DNA from: Escherichia coli
GTDB lineage: Bacteria; Pseudomonadota; Gammaproteobacteria; Enterobacterales; Enterobacteriaceae
Assembly (NCBI RefSeq): GCF_011045215.1
Contig: NZ_CP049201.1
Length of the DNA stretch: 64,000 nt
Direction: 5' to 3' (one strand)
Below, in pieces: positions 41,248 through 58,734 of this stretch (position 1 is its first letter; each line of letters opens with the position of its first letter). The translations under genes and the position numbers were made by a program. A model generated the notes under the pieces. The model saw nothing but the letters and a program-made list of their open reading frames with translations. It searched no databases and was not told where the DNA came from.

Positions 41248-42520
41248 CGCTTTACAAACAATTATTAACGCCCGGTTACCAGGCGAAGAGGGGCTGTGGC
41301 AGATTCATCTGCAGGACGGAAAAATCAGCGCCATTGATGCGCAATCCGGCGTGATGCCCATAACTGAAAACAGCCTGGATGCCGAACAAGGTTTAGTTAT
41401 ACCGCCGTTTGTGGAGCCACATATTCACCTGGACACCACGCAAACCGCCGGACAACCGAACTGGAATCAGTCCGGCACGCTGTTTGAAGGCATTGAACGC
41501 TGGGCCGAGCGCAAAGCGTTATTAACCCATGACGATGTGAAACAACGCGCATGGCAAACGCTGAAATGGCAGATTGCCAACGGCATTCAGCATGTGCGTA
41601 CCCATGTCGATGTTTCGGATGCAACGCTAACTGCGCTGAAAGCAATGCTGGAAGTGAAGCAGGAAGTCGCGCCGTGGATTGATCTGCAAATCGTCGCCTT
41701 CCCTCAGGAAGGGATTTTGTCGTATCCCAACGGTGAAGCGTTGCTGGAAGAGGCGTTACGCTTAGGGGCAGATGTAGTGGGGGCGATTCCGCATTTTGAA
41801 TTTACCCGTGAATACGGCGTGGAGTCGCTGCATAAAACCTTCGCCCTGGCGCAAAAATACGACCGTCTCATCGACGTTCACTGTGATGAGATCGATGACG
41901 AGCAGTCGCGCTTTGTCGAAACCGTTGCTGCCCTGGCGCACCATGAAGGCATGGGCGCGCGAGTCACCGCCAGCCACACCACGGCAATGCACTCCTATAA
42001 CGGGGCGTATACCTCACGCCTGTTCCGCTTGCTGAAAATGTCCGGTATTAACTTTGTCGCCAATCCGCTGGTCAATATTCATCTGCAAGGACGTTTCGAT
42101 ACGTATCCAAAACGTCGCGGCATCACGCGCGTTAAAGAGATGCTGGAGTCCGGCATTAACGTCTGCTTTGGTCACGATGATGTCTTCGATCCGTGGTATC
42201 CGCTGGGAACGGCGAATATGCTGCAAGTGCTGCATATGGGGCTGCATGTGTGTCAGTTGATGGGTTACGGGCAGATTAACGATGGTCTGAATTTGATCAC
42301 CTACCACAGCGCCAGAACGTTGAATTTGCAGGATTACGGCATTGCCACCGGAAACAGCGCCAACCTGATTATCCTGCCGGCTGAAAATGGATTTGATGCG
42401 CTGCGCCGTCAGGTTCCGGTACGTTATTCGGTACGTGGCGGCAAGGTGATTGCCAGCACACAACCGGCACAAACCACCGTATATCTGGAGCAGCCGGAAG
42501 CCATCGATTACAAACGGTGA
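41237..42520 (+). CDS. codA: Cytosine deaminase (amidohydrolase superfamily)
   Basis: ORF 41222..42520; start at GTG 41237 ([19 protein letters not shown]) with GGAGG 6 nt upstream, 427 aa; overlaps the codB stop by 11 nt; metal-binding HIHLD. Confidence 0.95.
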   Translation: MSNNALQTIINARLPGEEGLWQIHLQDGKISAIDAQSGVMPITENSLDAEQGLVIPPFVEPHIHLDTTQTAGQPNWNQSGTLFEGIERWAERKALLTHDDVKQRAWQTLKWQIANGIQHVRTHVDVSDATLTALKAMLEVKQEVAPWIDLQIVAFPQEGILSYPNGEALLEEALRLGADVVGAIPHFEFTREYGVESLHKTFALAQKYDRLIDVHCDEIDDEQSRFVETVAALAHHEGMGARVTASHTTAMHSYNGAYTSRLFRLLKMSGINFVANPLVNIHLQGRFDTYPKRRGITRVKEMLESGINVCFGHDDVFDPWYPLGTANMLQVLHMGLHVCQLMGYGQINDGLNLITYHSARTLNLQDYGIATGNSANLIILPAENGFDALRRQVPVRYSVRGGKVIASTQPAQTTVYLEQPEAIDYKR

Positions 42521-42554
42521 TCGGCTGGGCTGTGTGTTGACAAAGCGAGCGTAG

Positions 42555-42640
42555 TTTATGCCGGATGCGGCGTGAACGCCTTATCCGGCCTACGTAGAGC
42601 ACCGAACTCGTAGGCCTGATAAGCGTAGCGCATCAGGCAA
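42555..42640. repeat. REP pair (BIME) between codA and cynR
   Basis: gccggatgcggcgtgaacgccttatccggcctac ... gtaggcctgataagcgtagcgcatcaggc. Confidence 0.85.
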
Positions 42641-42652
42641 TTGTGTCAGTGG

Positions 42653-43552
42653 CTACCGTGATTCATTCCCGCCAACATCCGCGCATTCCTCCAACGCCAT
42701 GTGCAAAAATGCCTTCGCAGCGGCAGTCTGCCAGCTATTTTTCCGCCGCAACAAAACCGCCGTTCTCTCCAGTAGTGGCGGGGCAAGAGAAATAGCTTTA
42801 AGCCCGTCATGTTGTGTGGCAATCGCTGCTGGTAACAATGTGGAAAGGGAAGTGCGGCGAATCAGCTCCAGAACCGCGCTAATTGAGTTCGCCTCAATTA
42901 CCACCTGTGGATGCAGCCCCGCTTTCTCGCAGTAGTGGTCAATTTGCTCTCTGGTGGCAAATTCCGCGCTGAGCAGTACCAGTTTTTCATCATGCAAGCG
43001 ACTCAACGCCACCTGTTCATGGACTGCCAGCGGATGATGTTGCGCCACGACTAACGCTAAACTTTCTGTCAGTAAAGGAATTGCCTCCAGCTCCGGCGAA
43101 TGCACAGGCGCGAAGGCAATCCCAACGTCCAACTCGTCGCGGCAAAGCATATCCTCGATTTTCTCCTGCGACATTTCCTGTAGCTGGAGCGTGATGCCGG
43201 GATAGCGCGCATAGAAATCCGCCATTAAGGGGCCGATAAAGTAGCTCGTAAAGGTGGGGGTGACGGCGATACGCAGCGATCCTCGCGTCAGATCGGCAAC
43301 ATCATGAATCGCCCGTTTACCCGCCCCCAGTTCCTGTAACGCCCGGCTGGCGTACTGTCGCCAGACTTCTCCTGCATCAGTGAGACGAATCGTTCGCCCG
43401 CTACGGTCAAACAGCGGCACGCCTAAACTCTCCTCTAACTGGCGGATCTGCTGGGAAAGCGCAGGCTGGGAGACGTGCAACGCACTGGCGGCACGGGTGA
43501 AGCTGCCATGTTCAGCCACGGCAAGAAAATAATTGATATGTCGAGAGAGCAT
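42653..43552 (-). CDS. cynR: LysR-family activator of the cyn operon
   Basis: ORF 42653..43576; start at ATG 43552 ([41 protein letters not shown]), 299 aa; divergent from cynT. Confidence 0.95.
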   Translation of the reverse strand: MLSRHINYFLAVAEHGSFTRAASALHVSQPALSQQIRQLEESLGVPLFDRSGRTIRLTDAGEVWRQYASRALQELGAGKRAIHDVADLTRGSLRIAVTPTFTSYFIGPLMADFYARYPGITLQLQEMSQEKIEDMLCRDELDVGIAFAPVHSPELEAIPLLTESLALVVAQHHPLAVHEQVALSRLHDEKLVLLSAEFATREQIDHYCEKAGLHPQVVIEANSISAVLELIRRTSLSTLLPAAIATQHDGLKAISLAPPLLERTAVLLRRKNSWQTAAAKAFLHMALEECADVGGNESR

Positions 43553-43661
43553 TCGCCAACCTATAAGTAAATCCAATAGAACTCATCATAAATGAGACTT
43601 TTACCTTATGACAATCGGCGAGTAGTCTGCCTCTCATTCCAGAGACAGACAGAGGTTAACG

Positions 43662-44321
43662 GTGAAAGAGATTATTGATGGATTCCTTAAATTCCAGCGC
43701 GAGGCATTTCCGAAGCGGGAAGCCTTGTTTAAACAGCTGGCGACACAGCAAAGCCCGCGCACACTTTTTATCTCCTGCTCCGACAGCCGTCTGGTCCCTG
43801 AGCTGGTGACGCAACGTGAGCCTGGCGATCTGTTCGTTATTCGCAATGCGGGCAATATCGTCCCTTCCTACGGGCCGGAACCCGGTGGCGTTTCTGCTTC
43901 GGTGGAGTATGCCGTCGCCGCGCTTCGGGTATCTGACATTGTGATTTGCGGTCATTCCAACTGTGGCGCGATGACCGCCATTGCCAGCTGTCAGTGCATG
44001 GACCATATGCCTGCCGTCTCCCACTGGCTGCGTTATGCCGATTCAGCCCGCGTCGTTAATGAGGCGCGCCCGCATTCCGATTTACCGTCAAAAGCTGCGG
44101 CGATGGTACGTGAAAACGTCATTGCTCAGTTGGCTAATTTGCAAACTCATCCATCGGTGCGCCTGGCGCTCGAAGAGGGGCGGATCGCCCTGCACGGCTG
44201 GGTCTACGACATTGAAAGCGGCAGCATCGCAGCGTTTGACGGCGCAACCCGCCAGTTTGTGCCACTGGCCGCTAATCCTCGCGTTTGTGCCATACCGCTA
44301 CGCCAACCGACCGCAGCGTAA
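43662..44321 (+). CDS. cynT: Beta-class carbonic anhydrase
   Basis: 219-aa ORF from GTG; beta-CA zinc ligand motifs (CSDSR, HSNCG). Confidence 0.95.
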
Positions 44322-44333
44322 CCTTATTTTTAA

Positions 44334-44822
<489 letters not shown>

Positions 44823-44827
44823 CAGCC

Positions 44828-46009
44828 ATGCGCAACCATCAAAAGACGTTCACGATACTGCTGGTTCTGGTGCTGATTGGTCTTAATATGCGACCTCTGC
44901 TCACCTCCGTCGGGCCACTGCTACCGCAATTGCGCCAGGCAAGCGGAATGAGCTTTAGCGTGGCTGCCCGGTTGACCGCTCTGCCGGTGGTTACCATGGG
45001 CGGGCTGGCGCTGGCCGGAAGCTGGCTTCATCAGCATGTCAGCGAACGTCGCAGCGTCGCCATCAGTTTGTTACTGATTGCCGTCGGTGCATTGATGCGT
45101 GAGCTTTACCCCCAAAGTGCGCTGCTGCTTAGCAGCGCACTGCTCGGTGGGGTGGGGATCGGCATCATTCAGGCGGTGATGCCTTCGGTGATTAAACGGC
45201 GGTTTCAGCAGCGCACGCCACTGGTGATGGGGCTGTGGTCCGCGGCTCTGATGGGCGGCGGTGGGCTTGGTGCCGCCCTGACACCCTGGTTAGTTCAACA
45301 TAGCGAAACCTGGTATCAAACACTCGCCTGGTGGGCGCTGCCTGCCGTTGTTGCGCTCTTTGCCTGGTGGTGGTGAAGCGCCCGCGAGGTCGCCTCTTCC
45401 CACAAGACAACAACCACTCCGGTTCGCGTGGTTTTCACTCCTCGCGCGTGGACGCTGGGTGTTTACTTCGGTCTGATTAACGGTGGTTACGCCAGCCTGA
45501 TTGCCTGGTTACCCGCCTTCTATATTGAGATTGGTGCCAGCGCGCAGTACAGCGGTTCCTTGCTGGCATTGATGACGCTTGGGCAAGCCGCAGGAGCTTT
45601 GCTGATGCCTGCTATGGCTCGCCATCAGGATCGGCGCAAACTTTTGCTGTTGGCACTGGCGTTACAACTGGTGGGTTTCTGCGGCTTTATCTGGCTGCCG
45701 CTGCAATTGCCGGTATTGTGGGCGATGGTGTGTGGTTTAGGTCTGGGCGGCGCATTTCCGCTCTGTTTGCTGCTGGCTCTCGATCACTCTGTGCAACCGG
45801 CTATTGCTGGCAAGCTGGTGGCGTTTATGCAGGGGATCGGTTTTATCATCGCCGGGCTTGCCCCGTGGTTTTCTGGCGTGCTGCGTAGTATCAGCGGCAA
45901 TTACCTGATGGACTGGGCGTTTCATGCGCTGTGCGTCGTTGGGCTGATGATTATAACCCTGCGTTTTGCACCAGCACGTTTTCCGCAGCTGTGGGTCAAA
46001 GAGGCATAA
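44828..46009 (+). pseudogene. cynX: MFS cyanate transporter cynX, interrupted by an in-frame TGA at 45374-45376
   Basis: ORFs 44828..45376 (182 aa, ...ALFAWWW*) and 45428..46009 (193 aa) lie in the same frame (offset 600 nt); the 51 nt after the TGA continue in frame as SAREVASSHKTTTTPVRVVFTP, the contiguous CynX sequence. Confidence 0.7.
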
Positions 46010-46019
46010 TGCGACGCTT

Positions 46020-46095
46020 GTTTCTGCGCTTTGTTCACGCCGGATGCGGCCTACGTAGATCACTGAATTTGTAGGCCTGATAAGCGAAGCGTATC
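46020..46095. repeat. REP pair between cynX and lacA
   Basis: gccggatgcggcctacgtagatcactgaatttgtaggcctgataagcgaagcgtatcaggc. Confidence 0.8.
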
Positions 46096-46111
46096 AGGCA
46101 ATTTTTATAAT

Positions 46112-46723
46112 TTAAACTGACGATTCAACTTTGTAATCTCTGAAATAATATTGCTTATCCCGGTCGTTTATTTCGCGAATAACCCGACAAGGAACGCCAG
46201 CCGCCACGACGTTTGGTGGAATGTCTTTTGTGACGATACTACCCGCGCCAATAACAGAATTATCCCCGATGGTGACGCCTGGATTAATAACCACATGACT
46301 TCCGATCCAGACGTTATTGCCAATCGTTATCGGAAAAGAGTACATCTCACCGTTTTTTCTCAATTCATGGTGTACAGGGTGTCCCGTAACGGAAAGAGTA
46401 ACGTTGGGTGCAATCAGTACGTTATCACCGATTGTTACCGTGTAGTCATCGACAATGGTTAAATTGAAATTTGCATAAAAATTGCGGCCTATATGGATGT
46501 TGGAACCGTAAGAGAAATAGACGGGGGGTTCTACCCAGGCGTTTTCCCCTACCGTGGCAAACATTTCTTTAATCAGGCTTTCTCTTTTTTCAACTTCTGA
46601 TGGATGCGAGTGATTAAACTCATACATTAACGTTTTCCCACGAAGTCTTTTTTCCGGTAAGCCTTCGCACATATCGGTAAATAGCTTGCCTGCTTTTATT
46701 CTTTCTGTCATCGACATGTTCAT
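46112..46723 (-). CDS. lacA: Galactoside O-acetyltransferase (hexapeptide-repeat acyltransferase)
   Basis: ORF 46112..46774; start at ATG 46723 (MNMSMTERIKAGKLFTDMCEGLP), 203 aa; the upstream in-frame extension (MRRERLIRPT...) is REP-derived. Confidence 0.95.
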   Translation of the reverse strand: MNMSMTERIKAGKLFTDMCEGLPEKRLRGKTLMYEFNHSHPSEVEKRESLIKEMFATVGENAWVEPPVYFSYGSNIHIGRNFYANFNLTIVDDYTVTIGDNVLIAPNVTLSVTGHPVHHELRKNGEMYSFPITIGNNVWIGSHVVINPGVTIGDNSVIGAGSIVTKDIPPNVVAAGVPCRVIREINDRDKQYYFRDYKVESSV

Positions 46724-46749
46724 TGCGATCATTCCGTTATGATATGTTG

Positions 46750-46779
46750 GTCGGATAAGGCGCTCGCGCCGCATCCGAC
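46750..46779. repeat. Single REP palindrome between lacY and lacA
   Basis: gtcggataaggcgctcgcgccgcatccgac. Confidence 0.8.
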
Positions 46780-46788
46780 ATTGATTGC

Positions 46789-48087
<1,299 letters not shown>

Positions 48088-48093
48088 TTATTA

Positions 48094-51206
<3,113 letters not shown>

Positions 51207-51212
51207 TCACAC

Positions 51213-51242
51213 AACATACGAGTCGGACGCATAAAGTGTAAA
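51213..51242 (-). promoter_or_regulatory. lac promoter (-35 TTTACA, 18-bp spacer, -10 TATGTT)
   Basis: - strand TTTACA at 51242-51237 and TATGTT at 51218-51213. Confidence 0.95.
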
Positions 51243-51254
51243 GCCTGGGGTGCC

Positions 51255-51278
51255 TAATGAGTGAGCTGACTCACATTA
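51255..51278 (-). promoter_or_regulatory. CRP (CAP) binding site of the lac promoter
   Basis: - strand TAATGTGAGTCAGCTCACTCATTA; TGTGA / TCACA half-sites intact. Confidence 0.9.
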
Positions 51279-51290
51279 ATTGCGTTGCGC

Positions 51291-52373
51291 TCACTGCCCG
51301 CTTTCCAGTCGGGAAACTTGTCGTGCCAGCTGCATTAATGAATCGGCCAACGCGCGGGGAGAGGCGGTTTGCGTCTTGGGCGCCAGGGTGGTTTTTCTTT
51401 TCACCAGAGAGACGGGCAAAAGCTGATTGCCCTTCACCGCCAGGCCCTGAGAGAGTTGCAGCAAGCGGTCCACGCTGGTTTGCCCCAGCAGGCGAAAATC
51501 CTGTTTGATGGTGGTTAACGGCGGGATATAACACGAGCTGTCTTCGGTATCGTCGTATCCCACTACCGAGATATCCGCACCAACGCGCAACCCGGACTCG
51601 GTAATGGCGCGCATTGCGCCCAGCGCCATCTGATCGTTGGCAACCAGCATCGCAGTGGGAACGATGCCCTCATTTAGCATTTGCATGGTTTGTTGAAAAC
51701 CGGACATGGCACTCCAGTCGCCCTCCCGTTCCGCTATCGGCTGAATTTGATTGCGAGTGAGATATTTATGCCAGCCCGCCAGACGCAGACGCGCCGAGAC
51801 AGAACTTAATGGGCCCGCTAACAGCGCGATTTGCTGGTGACCCAATGCGACCAGATGCTCCACGCCCAGTCGCGTACCGTCTTCATGGGAGAAAATAATA
51901 CTGTTGATGGGAGTCTGGTCAGAGACATCAAGAAATAACGCCGGAACATTAGCGCAGGCAGCTTCCACAGCAATGGCATCCTGGTCATCCAGCGGATAGT
52001 TAATGATCAGCCCACTGACGCGTTGCGCGAGAAGATTGTGCACCGCCGCTTTACAGGCTTCGACGCCGCTTCGTTCTACCATCGACACCACCACGCTGGC
52101 ACCCAGTTGATCGGCGCGAGATTTAATCGCCGCGACAATTTGCGACGGCGCGTGCAGGGCCAGACTGGAGGTGGCAACGCCAATCAGCAACGACTGTTTC
52201 CCCGCCAGTTGTTGTGCCACGCGGTTGGGAATGTAATTCAGCTCCGCCATCGCCGCTTCCACTTTTTCCCGCGTTTTCGCAGAAACGTGGCTGGCCTGAT
52301 TCACCACGCGGGAAACGGTCTGATAAGAGACACCGGCATACTCTGCGACATCGTATAGCGTTACTGGTTTCAC
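51291..52373 (-). CDS. lacI: Lactose operon repressor
   Basis: ORF 51291..52382; start at GTG 52373 (VKPVTLYDVAEYAGVSYQTVSRVVNQ), 360 aa. Confidence 0.98.
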   Translation of the reverse strand: MKPVTLYDVAEYAGVSYQTVSRVVNQASHVSAKTREKVEAAMAELNYIPNRVAQQLAGKQSLLIGVATSSLALHAPSQIVAAIKSRADQLGASVVVSMVERSGVEACKAAVHNLLAQRVSGLIINYPLDDQDAIAVEAACANVPALFLDVSDQTPINSIIFSHEDGTRLGVEHLVALGHQQIALLAGPLSSVSARLRLAGWHKYLTRNQIQPIAEREGDWSAMSGFQQTMQMLNEGIVPTAMLVANDQMALGAMRAITESGLRVGADISVVGYDDTEDSSCYIPPLTTIKQDFRLLGQTSVDRLLQLSQGLAVKGNQLLPVSLVKRKTTLAPKTQTASPRALADSLMQLARQVSRLESGQ

Positions 52374-52449
52374 ATTCACCACCCTGAATTGACTCTCTTC
52401 CGGGCGCTATCATGCCATACCGCGAAAGGTTTTGCGCCATTCGATGGTG

Positions 52450-53283
52450 TCAACGTAAATGCACGCCGCTTCGCCGTCCGGCTACCAGAATAGCCTGCGA
52501 TTCAACCCCTTCTTCGATCTGTTTTGCTACCCGTTGTAGCGCCGGAAGATGCTTTTCCGCTGCCTGTTCGATGGTCATTGCGCTCGCCATATACACCAGA
52601 TTCAGACAGCCAATCACCCGTTGTTCACTGCGCAGCGGTACGGCGATAGAGGCGATCTTCTCCTCCTGATCCCAGCCGCGGTAGTTCTGTCCGTAACCCT
52701 CTTTGCGCGCGCGCGCCAGAATGGCTTCCAGCTTTAACGGTTCTCGTGCCAGTTGATAGTCATCACCGGGGCGGGAGGCTAACATCTCGATTAATTCCTT
52801 GCGTTCTTGTTCCGGGCAAAAGGCCAGCCAGGTCAGGCCCGAGGCGGTTTTCAGAAGCGGCAAACGTCGCCCGACCATTGCCCGGTGAAAGGATAAGCGG
52901 CTGAAACGGTGGGTGGTTTCGCGTACCACCATTGCATCAACATCCAGCGTAGACACATCTGTCGGCCATACCACTTCGCGCAACAGATCGCCCAGCAGTG
53001 GGGCCGCCAGTGCAGAAATCCACTGTTCGTCACGAAATCCTTCGCTTAATTGCCGCACTTTGATGGTCAGACGAAAACTATCATCGGAGGGACTACGCCG
53101 GACATATCCCTCTTCCTGCAGCGTCTCCAGCAGTCGCCGCACAGTGGTGCGATGCAGGCCGCTGAGTTCCGCCAGCAGCCCGACGCTGGCACCGCCGTCA
53201 AGTTTATTTAACATATTTAATAACATTAGACCGCGGGTTAAGCCGCGCACGGTTTTGTATTCCGTCTGCTCATTGTTCTGCAT
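52450..53283 (-). CDS. mhpR: IclR-family activator of the mhp operon
   Basis: ORF 52450..53397; start placed at ATG 53283 (MQNNEQTEYKTVRGLTRG), 277 aa; an alternative ATG lies at 53295. Confidence 0.9.
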   Translation of the reverse strand: MQNNEQTEYKTVRGLTRGLMLLNMLNKLDGGASVGLLAELSGLHRTTVRRLLETLQEEGYVRRSPSDDSFRLTIKVRQLSEGFRDEQWISALAAPLLGDLLREVVWPTDVSTLDVDAMVVRETTHRFSRLSFHRAMVGRRLPLLKTASGLTWLAFCPEQERKELIEMLASRPGDDYQLAREPLKLEAILARARKEGYGQNYRGWDQEEKIASIAVPLRSEQRVIGCLNLVYMASAMTIEQAAEKHLPALQRVAKQIEEGVESQAILVAGRRSGVHLR

Positions 53284-53325
53284 ATTAATTGACATTTCTA
53301 TAGTTAAAACAACGTTGTGCACCTG

Positions 53326-53342
53326 GTGCACATTCGGGCATG
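53326..53342. promoter_or_regulatory. Dyad TGTGCACC-T-GGTGCACA in the mhpR/mhpA divergent region; candidate MhpR operator
   Basis: Perfect 8-bp inverted arms around a single central base, between the mhpR start and the mhpA start. Assignment to MhpR is from memory of IclR-type palindromic sites. Confidence 0.5.
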
Positions 53343-53473
53343 TTTTGATTGTAGCCGAAAACACCCTTCCTATACTGAGCGCACAATAAAAAATCATTTA
53401 CATGTTTTTAACAAAATAAGTTGCGCTGAACTGTGCGCGCAACGGCATTTTGTCCGAGTCGTGAGGTACTGAA

Positions 53474-55138
53474 ATGGCAATACAACACCCTGACATCCAG
53501 CCTGCTGTTAACCATAGCGTTCAGGTGGCGATCGCTGGTGCCGGTCCGGTCGGGCTGATGATGGCGAACTATCTCGGCCAGATGGGCATTGACGTGCTGG
53601 TGGTGGAGAAACTCGATAAGTTGATCGACTACCCGCGTGCGATTGGTATTGATGACGAGGCGCTGCGCACCATGCAGTCGGTCGGCCTGGTCGATAATGT
53701 TCTGCCGCATACAACGCCGTGGCACGCGATGCGTTTTCTCACCCCGAAGGGCCGCTGTTTTGCTGATATTCAGCCAATGACCGATGAATTTGGCTGGCCG
53801 CGCCGTAACGCCTTTATTCAGCCGCAGGTCGATGCGGTGATGCTGGAAGGGGTGTCGCGTTTTCCGAATGTGCGCTGCTTGTTTTCCCGCGAGCTGGAGG
53901 CCTTCAGTCAGCAAGATGACGAAGTGACCTTGCACCTGAAAACGGCAGAAGGGCAGCGGGAAATAGTCAAATCCCAGTGGCTGGTGGCCTGTGATGGTGG
54001 GGCAAGTTTTGTCCGTCGCACCCTGAATGTGCCGTTTGAAGGTAAAACTGCGCCAAATCAGTGGATTGTGGTAGATATCGCCAACGATCCGTTAAGTACG
54101 CCGCATATCTATTTGTGTTGCGATCCGGTGCGCCCGTATGTTTCTGCCGCGCTACCTCATGCGGTACGTCGCTTTGAATTTATGGTGATGCCAGGAGAAA
54201 CCGAAGAACAGCTGCGTGAGCCGCAAAATATGCGCAAGCTGTTAAGCAAAGTGCTGCCTAATCCGGACAATGTTGAATTGATTCGCCAGCGTGTCTACAC
54301 CCACAACGCGCGACTGGCGCAACGTTTCCGTATTGATCGCGTACTGCTGGCGGGCGATGCCGCGCACATCATGCCGGTATGGCAGGGGCAGGGCTATAAC
54401 AGTGGCATGCGCGACGCCTTTAACCTCGCATGGAAACTGGCGTTGGTTATCCAGGGGAAAGCCCGCGATGCGCTGCTCGATACCTATCAACAAGAACGTC
54501 GCGATCACGCCAAAGCGATGATTGACCTGTCCGTGACGGCGGGCAACGTGCTGGCTCCGCCGAAACGCTGGCAGGGTACGTTACGTGACGGCATTTCCTG
54601 GCTGCTGAATTATCTGCCGCCAGTAAAACGCTACTTCCTCGAAATGCGCTTCAAGCCGATGCCGCAATATTACGGCGGTGCGCTGGTACGTGAGGGCGAA
54701 GCGAAGCACTCTCCGGTCGGCAAGATGTTTATTCAGCCGAAAGTCACGCTGGAAAACGGCGACGTGACGCTACTCGATAACGCGATCGGCGCGAACTTCG
54801 CGGTAATTGGCTGGGGATGCAATCCACTGTGGGGGATGAGCGACGAGCAAATCCAGCAGTGGCGCGCGTTGGGCACACGCTTCATTCAGGTGGTGCCGGA
54901 AGTGCAAATTCATACCGCACAGGATAACCACGACGGCGTACTACGCGTGGGGGATACGCAATGTCGTCTGCGTAGCTGGTTCGCGCAACACAATGCTTCG
55001 CTGGTGGTGATGCGCCCGGATCGCTTTGTTGCCGCCACCGCCATTCCGCAAACCCTGGGCAAGACCCTGAATAAACTGGCGTCGGTGATGACGCTGACCC
55101 GCCCTGATGCCGACGTTTCTGTCGAAAAGGTAGCCTGA
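53474..55138 (+). CDS. mhpA: 3-(3-hydroxyphenyl)propionate hydroxylase (FAD monooxygenase)
   Basis: 554-aa ORF; FAD fold [19 protein letters not shown]. Confidence 0.95.
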   Translation: MAIQHPDIQPAVNHSVQVAIAGAGPVGLMMANYLGQMGIDVLVVEKLDKLIDYPRAIGIDDEALRTMQSVGLVDNVLPHTTPWHAMRFLTPKGRCFADIQPMTDEFGWPRRNAFIQPQVDAVMLEGVSRFPNVRCLFSRELEAFSQQDDEVTLHLKTAEGQREIVKSQWLVACDGGASFVRRTLNVPFEGKTAPNQWIVVDIANDPLSTPHIYLCCDPVRPYVSAALPHAVRRFEFMVMPGETEEQLREPQNMRKLLSKVLPNPDNVELIRQRVYTHNARLAQRFRIDRVLLAGDAAHIMPVWQGQGYNSGMRDAFNLAWKLALVIQGKARDALLDTYQQERRDHAKAMIDLSVTAGNVLAPPKRWQGTLRDGISWLLNYLPPVKRYFLEMRFKPMPQYYGGALVREGEAKHSPVGKMFIQPKVTLENGDVTLLDNAIGANFAVIGWGCNPLWGMSDEQIQQWRALGTRFIQVVPEVQIHTAQDNHDGVLRVGDTQCRLRSWFAQHNASLVVMRPDRFVAATAIPQTLGKTLNKLASVMTLTRPDADVSVEKVA

Positions 55139-55139
55139 T

Positions 55140-56084
55140 ATGCACGCTTATCTTCATTGTCTTTCCCACTCGCCGCTGGTGGGGTATGTCGACCCAGCAC
55201 AAGAGGTACTCGATGAGGTCAATGGCGTGATTGCCAGCGCCCGCGAGCGTATTGCGGCTTTCTCCCCTGAACTGGTGGTGCTGTTTGCGCCAGATCACTA
55301 CAACGGCTTTTTCTATGACGTGATGCCACCGTTCTGTTTAGGCGTTGGAGCGACGGCAATTGGTGATTTCGGCAGTGCGGCAGGAGAGCTGCCCGTGCCT
55401 GTGGAGCTGGCGGAGGCCTGTGCGCATGCCGTCATGAAGAGCGGGATCGATCTTGCCGTTTCTTATTGTATGCAGGTGGACCACGGGTTCGCCCAGCCGC
55501 TGGAGTTCCTGCTCGGTGGGCTGGATAAGGTGCCAGTTCTGCCTGTGTTCATCAACGGTGTCGCCACGCCGCTGCCCGGTTTCCAGCGTACCCGCATGTT
55601 GGGTGAAGCCATTGGACGTTTCACCAGCACTCTCAATAAACGCGTGCTGTTCCTGGGTTCCGGTGGGCTTTCCCATCAGCCGCCGGTGCCCGAACTGGCG
55701 AAAGCCGATGCCCATATGCGCGACCGCCTGTTGGGGAGCGGGAAAGATTTACCCGCCAGTGAGCGCGAATTGCGTCAGCAACGGGTGATTAGCGCCGCTG
55801 AGAAGTTTGTTGAGGATCAGAGAACTCTGCATCCGCTCAACCCGATTTGGGATAACCAGTTCATGACTTTGCTGGAGCAGGGACGCATACAGGAACTGGA
55901 TGCCGTCAGTAACGAAGAGCTTTCCGCCATTGCCGGAAAGTCGACACATGAAATCAAAACCTGGGTCGCCGCTTTTGCCGCTATTTCTGCATTTGGCAAC
56001 TGGCGTAGCGAAGGGCGTTATTACCGCCCAATCCCGGAGTGGATTGCCGGATTTGGCTCGTTAAGCGCCAGAACAGAGAACTGA
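55140..56084 (+). CDS. mhpB: 2,3-dihydroxyphenylpropionate 1,2-dioxygenase (extradiol)
   Basis: 314-aa ORF; starts 1 nt after the mhpA stop. Confidence 0.95.
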
Positions 56085-56101
56085 ATATGCAGGAGAAGAT
56101 G

Positions 56102-56968
56102 ATGAGTTATCAGCCACAAACCGAAGCCGCCACCAGCCGTTTTCTGAATGTAGAAGAAGCGGGTAAAACGCTGCGCATCCATTTTAATGACTGCGGACAA
56201 GGCGACGAAACCGTTGTCCTGCTGCATGGTTCCGGCCCGGGTGCTACTGGCTGGGCGAACTTCAGCCGCAATATCGATCCGCTGGTAGAGGCGGGCTATC
56301 GGGTGATCCTGCTGGATTGTCCGGGTTGGGGCAAGAGCGATTCGATCGTTAATAGTGGTTCGCGATCGGATCTTAATGCACGAATCCTGAAAAGCGTGGT
56401 GGATCAACTGGAAATCGCCAAAATCCACCTGCTGGGCAACTCGATGGGTGGTCATAGTTCTGTGGCGTTCACCCTTAACTGGCCGGAGCGCGTCGGCAAA
56501 CTGGTGCTGATGGGCGGCGGTACGGGCGGCATGAGTTTGTTTACGCCGATGCCAACCGAAGGTATTAAGCGACTGAATCAGCTTTATCGTCAGCCGACTA
56601 TCGAAAACCTGAAGCTGATGATGGATATCTTCGTTTTTGATACCAGCGATTTGACCGACGCCCTGTTTGAAGCGCGCCTGAATAATATGCTGTCGCGCCG
56701 CGATCACCTGGAAAATTTCGTTAAGAGCCTGGAAACTAATCCGAAACAGTTCCCGGATTTTGGCCCACGTCTGGCGGAAATCAAAGCGCAAACCCTGATT
56801 GTCTGGGGGCGCAACGACCGCTTTGTGCCGATGGATGCGGGTCTGCGTCTGCTGTCCGGCATTGCCGGTTCTGAACTGCATATCTTCCGCGACTGTGGTC
56901 ACTGGGCGCAGTGGGAACATGCCGACGCTTTCAATCAACTGGTGCTGAATTTCCTCGCACGTGCTTAA
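56102..56968 (+). CDS. mhpC: 2-hydroxy-6-ketonona-2,4-dienedioate hydrolase (alpha/beta hydrolase)
   Basis: ORF 56039..56968; start at ATG 56102 ([15 protein letters not shown]), 288 aa; GNSMGG nucleophile elbow. ATG 56087 or 56099 are alternative starts. Confidence 0.9.
   Translation: MSYQPQTEAATSRFLNVEEAGKTLRIHFNDCGQGDETVVLLHGSGPGATGWANFSRNIDPLVEAGYRVILLDCPGWGKSDSIVNSGSRSDLNARILKSVVDQLEIAKIHLLGNSMGGHSSVAFTLNWPERVGKLVLMGGGTGGMSLFTPMPTEGIKRLNQLYRQPTIENLKLMMDIFVFDTSDLTDALFEARLNNMLSRRDHLENFVKSLETNPKQFPDFGPRLAEIKAQTLIVWGRNDRFVPMDAGLRLLSGIAGSELHIFRDCGHWAQWEHADAFNQLVLNFLARA

Positions 56969-58730
<1,762 letters not shown>

Positions 58731-58734
<4 letters not shown>

Noticed and set aside
45374-45376. 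In-frame TGA in cynX as a programmed recoding or selenocysteine site
   Set aside because: No SECIS-like stem-loop is apparent immediately downstream, and a membrane transporter has no redox-active context; a nonsense mutation or sequencing error is the simpler explanation.
46724-46774. N-terminal extension of lacA in the ORF track (MRRERLIRPTYHNGMIA...)
   Set aside because: The extension is encoded by the REP element between lacY and lacA; the real start is the ATG at 46723 (MNMSMTER...).
56039-56101. Longer mhpC start (ORF track begins at 56039, overlapping mhpB)
   Set aside because: The extension overlaps the mhpB 3' end and lacks an RBS; the ATG at 56102 (preceded by AGGAGA) gives the expected 288-aa hydrolase.
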